From: Armatimonadota bacterium | GTDB lineage: Bacteria > Armatimonadota > UBA5829 > DSUL01 | Assembly: GCA_039811685.1 (NCBI GenBank) | Contig: JBDHZC010000002.1 | Location: 1 to 64,000 of the forward strand | Length of the DNA stretch: 64,000 bases | Direction of reading: 5' to 3' | Shown here: positions 27,902-37,013 of the stretch, piece by piece | Numbering within the stretch: the first letter of the stretch is position 1 | Layout: each line of letters begins with the position of its first letter | Program-made: the position numbers and the translations under genes | Notes under the pieces: model-generated | Databases searched by the model: none | What the model was told of the DNA's origin: nothing | Seen by the model: the letters and a program-made list of their open reading frames with translations, nothing else

Positions 27902-28327
27902 ATGACGCGTCCCTTTCCTTATACAACTCGATGTATGCGCGTTCGAATCATCAAGCATGACGGCACGCCTGGTCACAGCTGGGGTTTCCGTGGAGTTGAA
28001 GTCAACCGAATCCTGCTGAGAGAAGACGGCCCAGATACCGGCACAGGCGAAGGAAAGGCAGCATGCATGATCTATAGCAGCGACGCCGGTGTGTTTGCAG
28101 TCTCGAGTGATACGTCTGTTTTCATCAACAGAAAAGCTCTGAGCACGCCGCGGGAGCTTCGCAGTGGAGATATCATTGGCATCGGAAAGCGCCGCTTTGC
28201 GGTAGAGTTCTTCGAGGCGCCGGCGAGATTTGGGAACGTGCGGCAGAGTCCGGAAGAAGAGAGCCTGGGTGTTGTTTACGAGAAGCTCAAGAGTGTTTTT
28301 CGCTGGGTAGGATTGATGAGAGATTAG
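27902..28327 (+). CDS. Small protein with degenerate FHA-like domain
   Basis: VFIN...ELRSGDIIGIGKRRF matches an FHA C-terminus; GR and SxxH motifs absent. Confidence 0.6.
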   Translation: MTRPFPYTTRCMRVRIIKHDGTPGHSWGFRGVEVNRILLREDGPDTGTGEGKAACMIYSSDAGVFAVSSDTSVFINRKALSTPRELRSGDIIGIGKRRFAVEFFEAPARFGNVRQSPEEESLGVVYEKLKSVFRWVGLMRD

Positions 28328-28329
28328 AT

Positions 28330-28692
28330 TTGGGCAGTATTCAATCGGTGGGCAACGATATCATTGAAATTGCGCGCGTGAAGGAGTTTCTGGAGCGCGG
28401 GGCCCGCTACCGTGACAGGCTCTTTACACGGGAAGAAGTGCGCCTTGCGGAAGATCGGAACGACCCGAGTTCTTTCTATGCAGGCCGCTTTGCTGCCAAG
28501 GAAGCTGTGGCCAAGTGTCTGGGTCCGCCAATTCCATGGCACGACATCGAGATACTGACAAACGCAGATGGCAAACCTGTACTGAGTCTGCGCGGCCGGG
28601 CGAGGGAAGCTGCGGATGGAGGAGTGGTAGCCATTTCTATCTCACACTGCCGGGGATATGCCACCGCAGTGGCCGTTCTGGAGAAGCGCTGA
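28330..28692 (+). CDS. acpS: Holo-[acyl-carrier-protein] synthase
   Basis: VGNDIIEI.R, FT.EE, AGRFAAKEAV.K, ISISH. Confidence 0.95.
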   Translation: MGSIQSVGNDIIEIARVKEFLERGARYRDRLFTREEVRLAEDRNDPSSFYAGRFAAKEAVAKCLGPPIPWHDIEILTNADGKPVLSLRGRAREAADGGVVAISISHCRGYATAVAVLEKR

Positions 28693-28707
28693 AAGAGTAG
28701 ATATCCA

Positions 28708-30327
28708 ATGCGCGTGCTGAGTGCTGATGAAATGCGCCAGATGGACCGCCGGAGCGCAGAGGAGTTCGGGGTCGCAAGCCTTGTGCTAATGGAAAACGCC
28801 GGGCGCTCCGTTGCGCGATCTGTCTGGGAACTGCTGCACGCCGGGGCCAGCGAAGCGGTTGCCTCCCCCACCCTCAGCGCCTTGCACGACGCCGGAACAC
28901 TGCAGATCAGCTCTGAAGCGCACGGCAGTGTGGCTGTCGTCTGCGGTACGGGGAACAATGGCGGCGACGGTTTTGTTGCGGCGCGCTATCTCGTGAGCTG
29001 GGGGTTGAAGTGCACGGTGCTGCTGTCCGGATCGGAAGATAAGCTCACCGGCGAGGCTCTGGCGAACTACAATGCGCTCAAGAGTCTGGGAGTAGCCATC
29101 CACACCATCTCCGGCCAGCGCCAGTACAGCGCTCTGCGCGATGCTGATGTCGTCGTAGATGCGCTTTTTGGGACGGGTCTGCGTGGGGAACTGAGCGAGA
29201 CTGCGACGGAGATAGTTCAGGCCATGAACGGCTCCGGCGTCCCGGTAATCTGCATCGATATCCCCTCCGGCGTGCACACTGACACGGGTCAGACGCTCGG
29301 AGAAGCGGTGCAGGCGGACGTCACCGTTACGTTCGCAGCGCCAAAGCCTGCGCACCTGCTTTTCCCGGGAGCGGCGTTGTGCGGCCGCACGGTGGTGGCG
29401 GATATCGGTATTCCCAGCGCATTGATGAACGCCGCCGCTCCACACGCCAAATTCCTGCTGACGCCCGGAGACGTGGCGCGAATGATTCCACAGCGCCGCC
29501 CCAATGACCACAAGGGCACTTTTGGACACGCAGGAATCTTCGCTGGATCGATTGGTCTTATGGGAGCAGCGGAGATGGCCGCAAGAAGCTGCCTGGCCAC
29601 CGGGGCTGGCCTGACGAGTGTCGCAACCCCTTCCCGTCAACACCCGATTCTGGCTGGGAAGCTGACAGAGGCGATGACTGTTCCTCTTGGAAAGGATGCC
29701 TCTGTTTTTGGCGTGGAGGATGTTGACGCGGCTCTGCAGGCATCCCAAACGTGGGATGCAGTGGCTATTGGCTGTGGCATTGGTCGAGACCCCGGCACAG
29801 TGGAGTTTGTGCGTGAGTTTGTAGCAGGACTGGATTTTCCTGTCGTCATTGACGCCGATGGCTTAAACGCACTCGCCGGGAAGACTGAAGAGACACTGAG
29901 GCGCTACGGGCAGTGTGCGGTCTTGACACCCCATCCGGGCGAGATGGCCAGGCTGCTTGGAACAGACGTTTCTGCGGTTCAGTCTAACAGGCTGGAGGTG
30001 GCTGCGGAGGCTGCCGACGAATTTGGCGCGGTCTGCGTATTAAAGGGTGCGCATACAATTGTCGCTGAGCCACACGGGCGCTGCTGGTTCTGTGTTACAG
30101 GAAATGTGGGGCTGGCTAAAGGTGGCTCGGGAGACATGCTGACAGGGATTATCGTAGCGTTGCTGGCTCAAGGGCTGCCGCCGGTGGACGCAGCATGCGC
30201 TGGCGTGTGGATACATGGCAAAGCTGCTGACATCGCTGCAGGTTACAAAGCGCCCGCCGCTATTCTCGCTACAGACTGCATTGCGGCCATTTCGGACGTG
30301 TATCGTTTCCTTGAGGGGCCCCAGTAG
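28708..30327 (+). CDS. nnr: Bifunctional NAD(P)HX epimerase/dehydratase
   Basis: LMENAG, CGTGNNGGDG, DALFGTG, DIPSG, HKGTFG, IDADGLN, LTPHPGEM, GGSGD. Confidence 0.95.
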   Translation: MRVLSADEMRQMDRRSAEEFGVASLVLMENAGRSVARSVWELLHAGASEAVASPTLSALHDAGTLQISSEAHGSVAVVCGTGNNGGDGFVAARYLVSWGLKCTVLLSGSEDKLTGEALANYNALKSLGVAIHTISGQRQYSALRDADVVVDALFGTGLRGELSETATEIVQAMNGSGVPVICIDIPSGVHTDTGQTLGEAVQADVTVTFAAPKPAHLLFPGAALCGRTVVADIGIPSALMNAAAPHAKFLLTPGDVARMIPQRRPNDHKGTFGHAGIFAGSIGLMGAAEMAARSCLATGAGLTSVATPSRQHPILAGKLTEAMTVPLGKDASVFGVEDVDAALQASQTWDAVAIGCGIGRDPGTVEFVREFVAGLDFPVVIDADGLNALAGKTEETLRRYGQCAVLTPHPGEMARLLGTDVSAVQSNRLEVAAEAADEFGAVCVLKGAHTIVAEPHGRCWFCVTGNVGLAKGGSGDMLTGIIVALLAQGLPPVDAACAGVWIHGKAADIAAGYKAPAAILATDCIAAISDVYRFLEGPQ

Positions 30328-30484
30328 CGCTGTATCTTTGAGTCTGCCACACACAGAGGCTGGAAGGTCAAGCAGCTACCTGCGTCCAAGAAAGTAACAC
30401 TCAGACCGACAATGTCGTTGGTAGTATCGCTCCGGCGCTGGAGTAGTCAGCGCCGGAGTAGTCTGCGAAGGAGTCGCACAAGCA

Positions 30485-31837
30485 TTGAGCCGATTCATAG
30501 CGTTCGTCGCAGTTGTGGTCGCAATTGGCTCGTCCGGAGCCTGGGCCCAGACTGCCAAAACCTCACAAACACCCACGCCCAAACCGGCAGATAAAGCCAC
30601 TGCCACTACCGCGACCTCAGCGGATTCAAAACCCGTGGCGTCCCAGCCTGCAAAACAAGCCACAGAAGCGGCATCTTCCGAAAAGGCGTCTTCAAAGAAG
30701 TTGCAGGGGACTATTCTGTTGCCATCCTCTGGTGAGTACATCTGGTGGGCGACAACAGCATCAGGGCACAGGGCAGACCCGTCGCATCTCCTGAAGTCTG
30801 ACAAGATCAGTTTCACCGTTGAAGCCGCAGAGCCTTCCCCACTGCTCTACATCTACAACACGAAGACAGGGATGGAAGCGGTTGTTGAAGCGAGCGCTGC
30901 AGTCAAAGATACCGAGTTCAAGCTGGTGGATGCGGACTTTGACCACATCCGGCGGCTGGCAGTTTCCGTCTCAGCCAAGAACGGAAATCCGGTCAAGACG
31001 GCCTCTATAGTACTGAAGGACTCTGAAGGGACTGTCACACGGCGGGTTATTGACGCCACAGACGGAGGCGATGCGGCATTTTTTGATGTGGCCAAAGGTG
31101 ATGCCTCGCTCACGGTTGGCGTCAACGACGTCTCTATCACCCAGGAGATCAAGGTAGGTGAGCATATCAAAGGCAGCGTTGACTCCGCCGAAGTTGTTTT
31201 GCCGGGAGACGTGCCCACTCTTGAGCCGGTAAAGAAGACTCCGTCCTCAACTCCCGAAAAACCCGCAAAACCAGCCCGAAGCGCGAGCGGCTCGATTTTC
31301 ACAGCGCTGGTTTCAATTCTGCTGCTTATCGCCGTCGTGTACATGGCGTACGCCACACTGAAAGCGCGCAATATCACACTTCAGAGCGCTCTTGAAAAGG
31401 CTGGAGTGCCGATTGGAGACGAGGAGCCTGCTGGAGTGACCGCACAACCACAGACGCCCGCAGCCGAGCCTCTTGACCCGAATCTGGTCGGGCCTGCGCC
31501 GGGCGCGCTGCCTTCAGCGTCCCCCGCGCCGTCAACTCCCGGCGTGACCGGACCAAGACTTGTCGCCGTCGCGGGTTCGTACTCTGGCTCGATATTCCCG
31601 GTATCGGCCGCATCCACAGTAATCGGTCGGGACCCGACGTGCGATATCCCCCTGCCTGCAGACGCGACGGCTTCGCGCAGGCACGCGCGCTTCACAAACG
31701 AAGGCGGTGTTGTGCGCGTTCAAGACGAAGGCAGCTCTAACGGCACAATTGTGAACGGCCAGAAAGTTGATGAGCGGCAACTCAGTCCGGGAGATGAAGT
31801 GCAGATAGGGTCAACGCGCTTCCGGTACGAGGCGTAG
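30485..31837 (+). CDS. Exported single-pass membrane protein with cytoplasmic FHA domain
   Basis: Signal peptide, extracellular beta region, TM, Pro-rich linker, IGRD...ASRRHA...SSNGTIVNG...GDEVQIG. Confidence 0.9.
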   Translation: MSRFIAFVAVVVAIGSSGAWAQTAKTSQTPTPKPADKATATTATSADSKPVASQPAKQATEAASSEKASSKKLQGTILLPSSGEYIWWATTASGHRADPSHLLKSDKISFTVEAAEPSPLLYIYNTKTGMEAVVEASAAVKDTEFKLVDADFDHIRRLAVSVSAKNGNPVKTASIVLKDSEGTVTRRVIDATDGGDAAFFDVAKGDASLTVGVNDVSITQEIKVGEHIKGSVDSAEVVLPGDVPTLEPVKKTPSSTPEKPAKPARSASGSIFTALVSILLLIAVVYMAYATLKARNITLQSALEKAGVPIGDEEPAGVTAQPQTPAAEPLDPNLVGPAPGALPSASPAPSTPGVTGPRLVAVAGSYSGSIFPVSAASTVIGRDPTCDIPLPADATASRRHARFTNEGGVVRVQDEGSSNGTIVNGQKVDERQLSPGDEVQIGSTRFRYEA

Positions 31838-31839
31838 GT

Positions 31840-33291
31840 TTGGTATCTGTCTCCAAAGTAAGCCGCAGCCTTATCGCCGGCCTGGTCGCTGGTGTGGCCA
31901 GTTGGGCCGTTTTTATGCTCTTGTGGGCTCTGTTTCCGAGCCGCGAAGCCAACTCTGTCGGCTTGCGCAACAGCGGCTACGAGCAAATCTTTGCCACCGT
32001 CTTCGGAGCGCTCATCGGACTGGCGCTGGGTTTTGTTGAGGGCATAAACACAGGCTCTCAAAAGCAGCTTGTGCGGGCGTGCGTCGCGTTTACGATAGCC
32101 GGCGCGGTGGGCGGATTTCTCGGCATCTTCATTGGCCAAATTGTCTTTGGGGCGATAGGCAGCGCGGGCAGAAGCACTGAAATTGGCGTCATAGCGTTTT
32201 TCTCCCTGTTGTTGGCGCGCACACTTGGCTGGGGTTTGTGGGGCGTCGGAACGGGTGTGGCTCTCGGGATTGCGCTGGGAGCTCTGACCGGCTCCACCCG
32301 GCGTCTCAACCTGGCAGCGACAGGCGGGGCGATCGGCGGTTTGCTGGGCGGCTTTCTTTTTCAGATACTCGGTGAACTGGGTGTCTTCATGAGCTACCCG
32401 ATCCAGACGCTGATTTCTTTTTCGTGTCTGGCTGTGTCCATTGCATTTTTCCAGTCGCTTGCGCAGGAGCTGTTCAAGCGGGCGTGGATCAAGGTATTGG
32501 TCGGACGTGGTGAGGGGCGCGAGTTCCAGATTGCCAAACCTGTGACAGTCATCGGCAGAGATGAGTTAGCAGATATTCCACTCTTTGGAGACAATCAGAT
32601 TCAGCGCCGCCATCTTATCATTGAGCAGAAAGGAGCGCTGTACACAGCCAGCGCCGCCGCTCCAGGCGCTGCGTTCAGTGTCAACGGACGGGCAATGTCT
32701 CAGGCCCCTCTGAAGCATGGTGACCTGATCCAGATCAGCTCCCGCCAGCTTCAGTTCTATACACGCGGGGGACGGCCGGTCGCGGCAACGGCCACAGCGG
32801 CAAACACTCCGGCTTTCTCAAGCCCAGCCATGAACGTGCCTGCGGGAACCTGCCCGTATTGCGGCCAACTCAAAGATGCGGCAGGCAACTGCGCGTGTAC
32901 GGTGGGCGCAGCTCAACCCCAGCCGCAGGGGGTGACTGTACCCGTAACACAGCAGGCCCCGCTTGGCGCGCCAGCTCCTTCCGCCGCATCAGCGCCTTTC
33001 ACACAGGCGACACTGGAGATTATTGCAGGGCCATCTGCTGGTCAATCGCTGGATCTGCGCGACGGCCAGAGCCTGACGTTCGGCCGGGCCCCGGAGGCCG
33101 AAATCTCCGTCCCATCTGACAACTTTATGTCGCGTTCACACGCGCGCGTCGCCTGCCAGAGCGGACAGATATCGGTCCAGGATCTAAACAGTTCCAACGG
33201 AACGCTCGTCAACGGCGTGCGCATCATGCAGCAGATAGTCAACCGCGGAGACATCATCACTCTGGGACAGACTCAGATTCGGGTAATCTGA
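31840..33291 (+). CDS. Multi-TM Gly-rich membrane protein with two FHA domains and a CxxC...CxC linker
   Basis: About 6 TM; IGRD...QRRH; CPYCG...CAC; FGR...SRSHA...SSNGTLVNG. Confidence 0.88.
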   Translation: MVSVSKVSRSLIAGLVAGVASWAVFMLLWALFPSREANSVGLRNSGYEQIFATVFGALIGLALGFVEGINTGSQKQLVRACVAFTIAGAVGGFLGIFIGQIVFGAIGSAGRSTEIGVIAFFSLLLARTLGWGLWGVGTGVALGIALGALTGSTRRLNLAATGGAIGGLLGGFLFQILGELGVFMSYPIQTLISFSCLAVSIAFFQSLAQELFKRAWIKVLVGRGEGREFQIAKPVTVIGRDELADIPLFGDNQIQRRHLIIEQKGALYTASAAAPGAAFSVNGRAMSQAPLKHGDLIQISSRQLQFYTRGGRPVAATATAANTPAFSSPAMNVPAGTCPYCGQLKDAAGNCACTVGAAQPQPQGVTVPVTQQAPLGAPAPSAASAPFTQATLEIIAGPSAGQSLDLRDGQSLTFGRAPEAEISVPSDNFMSRSHARVACQSGQISVQDLNSSNGTLVNGVRIMQQIVNRGDIITLGQTQIRVI

Positions 33292-33325
33292 AGACGACGC
33301 CGGGAAGGCGTCAAGCAGGGACAAT

Positions 33326-34711
33326 ATGGATCAAACACAACAATTTGGAGTGCCGGGACAAGACCCGCAACGGACGCAGGCGCTCAACCCGGACCCAAAC
33401 CGAACACAGGCTTTCGGGGGTGACCCGAATCGGACGCAGGCATTCCAGGGAGACATCAACCGCACCCAGATGGCGCCGGAGGCTGGCGCGGCACTCCAAC
33501 TTGAAGTCGTCGCCGGAAACCGTTATGCCCTCTCAACGCGCAATTCGCGGGAACACGTTCTGGTCAGGGCACGCGCAGGACAGGCCGCAACAGGCCAGCG
33601 AATGCCACTGAACGTCTGCCTGCTGCTGGACCGCAGCGGCTCAATGGAAGGCCAGCCGCTGGAGTTTGCCAAACAGGCGATGAGCTACGTCGTGGACCTC
33701 CTGCAGCCAAACGACGTGCTTTCGGTAGTAACATTCGAAGACAATGTGGAAGTCCTGATGCCTGCGCGGCGGGTAGTAAACAAGGACCTCATCAAGCAGC
33801 ACATCGGCCGAATTCAACCCGGCAACACGACCAACCTCTACGAAGGTTTTGTCGCTGCGTGCAGTCAGGTGGCCAGCGTGCCACCCGGCTACGTGAACCG
33901 CGTCATTCTCCTGACGGACGGAGAGCCTACCGCCGGACTCACGGACTTTCAGTCCATTGTGGGGCAGGTGGCAGAGCAGAAGTCTCGCGGGATAACTCTC
34001 ACAACGCTCGGGTTTGGACAGGAGTACAACGAAGAGCTGCTGATGGGTATGGCGCGGCGCGCAGGCGGCAACTACTACTACATCCAGCGCCCGGAACTGC
34101 TGCCGGAAGTATTCCGCAAGGAGATGGACAGCCTGCTTTCCGTTGTCGCCAGAAATCTGCGGCTGGTGTTCTGGCTGTCACGGTGGACTCAGGTGCGGCA
34201 GGTGTACGGAAAGCAGCCGGTGTGGGGCGACAGACGGGCCGAGGTGACACTTGCGGACCTGGAGCGGGGAGAAACGCTGAGCGCGCTAGCAGAGATGGAA
34301 CTTGGAAACCGCCCGGGCGGCACGTATCGCATAGCGCGAGTTGAGCTTTTGTATGACGATGCGCTGACAGGCCGCCAGGAGCGGGCGACCGGAGATGCGG
34401 TCTTTGAGTTCACGGCTGATGAGGCATTGATCGCCGCAAACCGTAACCCGAGCGTTGATCAGGAGCTTCAGGTAGCCCTGGCCTCCCGCAACATTGAAAA
34501 GACGGTCATGGGGATGCGCACACAGGCCATCAGCACTCAGGCGGCTGTGGCAGAGCTGGAAAAGACGCAGGCGCTTTTTCAGGCGCAGGGGCGCACACAG
34601 GAAGCGGCGCAGATTCAGGAAGCGCTGGATGCGGCCAAGGGTGGCGCGGATCTCGGCAAGACGCTTGTTGGCACAGTTCTGACCCTGGATCAGGGCAAGT
34701 CGAAACAGTAG
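33326..34711 (+). CDS. VWA domain protein with N-terminal RTQ repeats
   Basis: MIDAS motif DRSGSM, GNTTNL, LLTDGEP, GGNYYYI. Confidence 0.92.
   Translation: MDQTQQFGVPGQDPQRTQALNPDPNRTQAFGGDPNRTQAFQGDINRTQMAPEAGAALQLEVVAGNRYALSTRNSREHVLVRARAGQAATGQRMPLNVCLLLDRSGSMEGQPLEFAKQAMSYVVDLLQPNDVLSVVTFEDNVEVLMPARRVVNKDLIKQHIGRIQPGNTTNLYEGFVAACSQVASVPPGYVNRVILLTDGEPTAGLTDFQSIVGQVAEQKSRGITLTTLGFGQEYNEELLMGMARRAGGNYYYIQRPELLPEVFRKEMDSLLSVVARNLRLVFWLSRWTQVRQVYGKQPVWGDRRAEVTLADLERGETLSALAEMELGNRPGGTYRIARVELLYDDALTGRQERATGDAVFEFTADEALIAANRNPSVDQELQVALASRNIEKTVMGMRTQAISTQAAVAELEKTQALFQAQGRTQEAAQIQEALDAAKGGADLGKTLVGTVLTLDQGKSKQ
33362..33472 (+). repeat. About four 30-bp coding repeats (D-P/I-Q/N-R-T-Q-A/M)
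   Basis: DPQRTQALNP DPNRTQAFGG DPNRTQAFQG DINRTQM. Confidence 0.85.
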
Positions 34712-34721
34712 GAGACCTCCC

Positions 34722-35927
34722 ATGCAGTTCAACTCTGAACCGACGATGATTGGTGGCGCCCCACCCGACCCGGGCCGGACTCAGGTTGTGCCGCGCGCAG
34801 CCGACAGGACACAGATGGGCGCATCCATCGAGTGCCCGGTGTGCCGGTCGCGTAGTCTTTCCACGGAAATTTTCTGCTCGGAGTGCGGATTTCTGCTCGA
34901 GAGCACGCCGGACACCACATCGGAGTCGAGTGAGCCTGAGACGCCTTTCGCCGTTCTGACCGACACCCGCACAAACCAGCAGTACCCTCTCTTTTCTGGG
35001 ACCTACTCAGTCGGCCGGGAAAACACGGACATTCTGCTCACCGATCCGAGTGTCAGCCGGTCTCACGCCACTGTCACTGTTCTGTCTGGCTCTGTCACGG
35101 TCTGCGACACGGGGAGTACTAATGGGACTGTCGTCGCCGGAAAACGCCTCCAGCCAAACGAATCGGAGAGGCTCCGGGGAGGGCAGGAGGTGCGCTTTGG
35201 AAACAGCGTTATGGCTCTGGAGATCAAGGGCGCAGAGGAACAGCCGGAGGACGAAGCGCCTGCAGAGCCCGCGACCGAGGCGATAGCTGCAATCGCAAGC
35301 TCTCCAGAGGAGGCGGCTGGCCAGACCGTTGGAGAGCCGCAGCCTGAAGCCGAAGCTGCCGAGACGACTGCTCAGCAGACACCGCAAAGCGCTGAAGAGG
35401 CTACCGCCGCCGTAAAGCCCTCTGACGACACGGCATCTGAGGACGAGACGGCGTCTGAGGACGAGACGGCGTCTCAAGACGAGACGGCGTCTCAAGATCA
35501 GAGTCCGCCTGATGAAGCAGACGCTCCCGACAGCGACGCAAGCGCAGACAAAGCGCCCGTATTCACCCTGAAAGTACCTGAGGCTGAAGAGCAGACGCCT
35601 GATGCACCGAGTCCCGCTGAGATTTCCGGCGCTTTCTTCCAGGAACGCGATAACCCGCAGCAGGTCTATCCCATTGGTGAGTACGGCGCGAATGTCGGAC
35701 GTCGCGCAAACAACGACATCGTCCTTGCAGACCCGCACGTGTCATCTTCGCATGCGCAGGTAGCTGTACAGAACGGCACCTACATCCTGATGGACACCGG
35801 CAGCACAAACGGCACTGCGGTAAACGGCAGGAGAGTCCAGCCCAACGATCCGGTGGTCCTTTCCGAAGGCGATGAGGTCGCTTTCGGCCCGGTTACGCTC
35901 GTCTTTAAGGTGAAGGAACAGCCGTGA
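34722..35927 (+). CDS. Zinc-ribbon plus double FHA protein with acidic linker
   Basis: CPVC...CSECG; VGRE...VSRSHA...STNGT; VGRR...VSSSHA...STNGT. Confidence 0.9.
   Translation: MQFNSEPTMIGGAPPDPGRTQVVPRAADRTQMGASIECPVCRSRSLSTEIFCSECGFLLESTPDTTSESSEPETPFAVLTDTRTNQQYPLFSGTYSVGRENTDILLTDPSVSRSHATVTVLSGSVTVCDTGSTNGTVVAGKRLQPNESERLRGGQEVRFGNSVMALEIKGAEEQPEDEAPAEPATEAIAAIASSPEEAAGQTVGEPQPEAEAAETTAQQTPQSAEEATAAVKPSDDTASEDETASEDETASQDETASQDQSPPDEADAPDSDASADKAPVFTLKVPEAEEQTPDAPSPAEISGAFFQERDNPQQVYPIGEYGANVGRRANNDIVLADPHVSSSHAQVAVQNGTYILMDTGSTNGTAVNGRRVQPNDPVVLSEGDEVAFGPVTLVFKVKEQP
35424..35495 (+). repeat. 4 x 18-bp tandem repeat encoding D-(D/E)-T-A-S-(E/Q)
   Basis: GACGACACGGCATCTGAG GACGAGACGGCGTCTGAG GACGAGACGGCGTCTCAA GACGAGACGGCGTCTCAA. 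Confidence 0.9.
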
Positions 35928-36931
35928 GCGATGAGAAGCGCGAGATAACAGCCAAAATGAACACGGAGGAGCTGGAGAACGGCTGGACACAGATGGCCGA
36001 AGGGGCTTCAGAGTCAGCCACCCTCCTCCTCGCCGCCAGGACTGACCTCGGGCGGGTCCGTGAGAACAACGAGGACAAGTTTGAGTTCTTTATTCCAAGC
36101 ACCACCCGGAAGCTGAGCGCAAAAGGCCAGTTGATCGCCGTCGCGGACGGCATGGGTGGGCACGCAGCCGGACAGATCGCCAGCGAACTTGCCCTCAAGA
36201 CCTTCATTGCCTCCTACTTCTCCGACAACAGCCTGAGCGTAGAAGACGCGCTTCGAAGCGCGGTCAAAGAAGCCAACAGCCTTGTGCACGAGACTGCCAG
36301 CATACCCGGGCGCAGCGGCATGGGAACGACTCTGACAGCGGCAGTCATCCGGGGACGCACGCTCTTTGTGGCGCAAGTCGGTGACAGCCGTCTCTACTTC
36401 TTTCGCGGTGGCAGACTGGAACAGCTCACGCAGGATCACTCCTGGGTGGCCGAGCAGGTGAAGCTGGGCACACTTTCAGAGGCCGAAGCAGAGGAGTCTC
36501 CTTTCCGCAACGTCATAACCCGCTCACTTGGGAACCAGCCGGAAGTCGAGCCGGATATATATAAGAGAGACGTGCAGGAGGCCGACGTGGCGCTCCTGTG
36601 CTCTGACGGCCTCAGCGGCGTTGTCGGACAGGGCGAGATGGAGCGTGTATTGTCTCAGAACGGCCCGGCGGAAAGCTGTCAGGAACTCATCAGGATGGCG
36701 CTGGATCGCGGAGGCCCGGACAACATCACTGTTCTGATTGCCCGCATCGAAGGCTTTCAGACAATCGAAGGCGCGGCCGCAGGAGAGACAGCCGGAAGTG
36801 AGGCAACAGCCGGGCCGGGCGCAGGCGAACAAGCGCAACCCACACTCTCCTCAGACGAAGAGGCCACGAAGCCGCAAACGGAGCGAAAATCGAAAAAAAG
36901 CTTTCTGGCACGCCTGCGCGGCAGTGACTGA
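35924..36931 (+). CDS. PP2C-type Ser/Thr phosphatase (Stp1/PrpC-like)
   Basis: TDLGRVRENNED, VADGMGGH, GMGTT, VGDSR, LLCSDGL, GGPDNIT. Confidence 0.95.
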   Translation: MSDEKREITAKMNTEELENGWTQMAEGASESATLLLAARTDLGRVRENNEDKFEFFIPSTTRKLSAKGQLIAVADGMGGHAAGQIASELALKTFIASYFSDNSLSVEDALRSAVKEANSLVHETASIPGRSGMGTTLTAAVIRGRTLFVAQVGDSRLYFFRGGRLEQLTQDHSWVAEQVKLGTLSEAEAEESPFRNVITRSLGNQPEVEPDIYKRDVQEADVALLCSDGLSGVVGQGEMERVLSQNGPAESCQELIRMALDRGGPDNITVLIARIEGFQTIEGAAAGETAGSEATAGPGAGEQAQPTLSSDEEATKPQTERKSKKSFLARLRGSD

Positions 36932-37013
36932 GGAGTTGCCGCGCGTCGACTGGCCATCTATCCCGCATTCTTAAGATTGGAATCAGCGCTTTCCCAGGAG
37001 AGGGCGCTCCTCT

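Noticed and set aside
27587..27976. 129-aa - strand ORF
   Set aside because: It runs across the DnaA boxes and promoter and has no protein-like features; better explained as non-coding.
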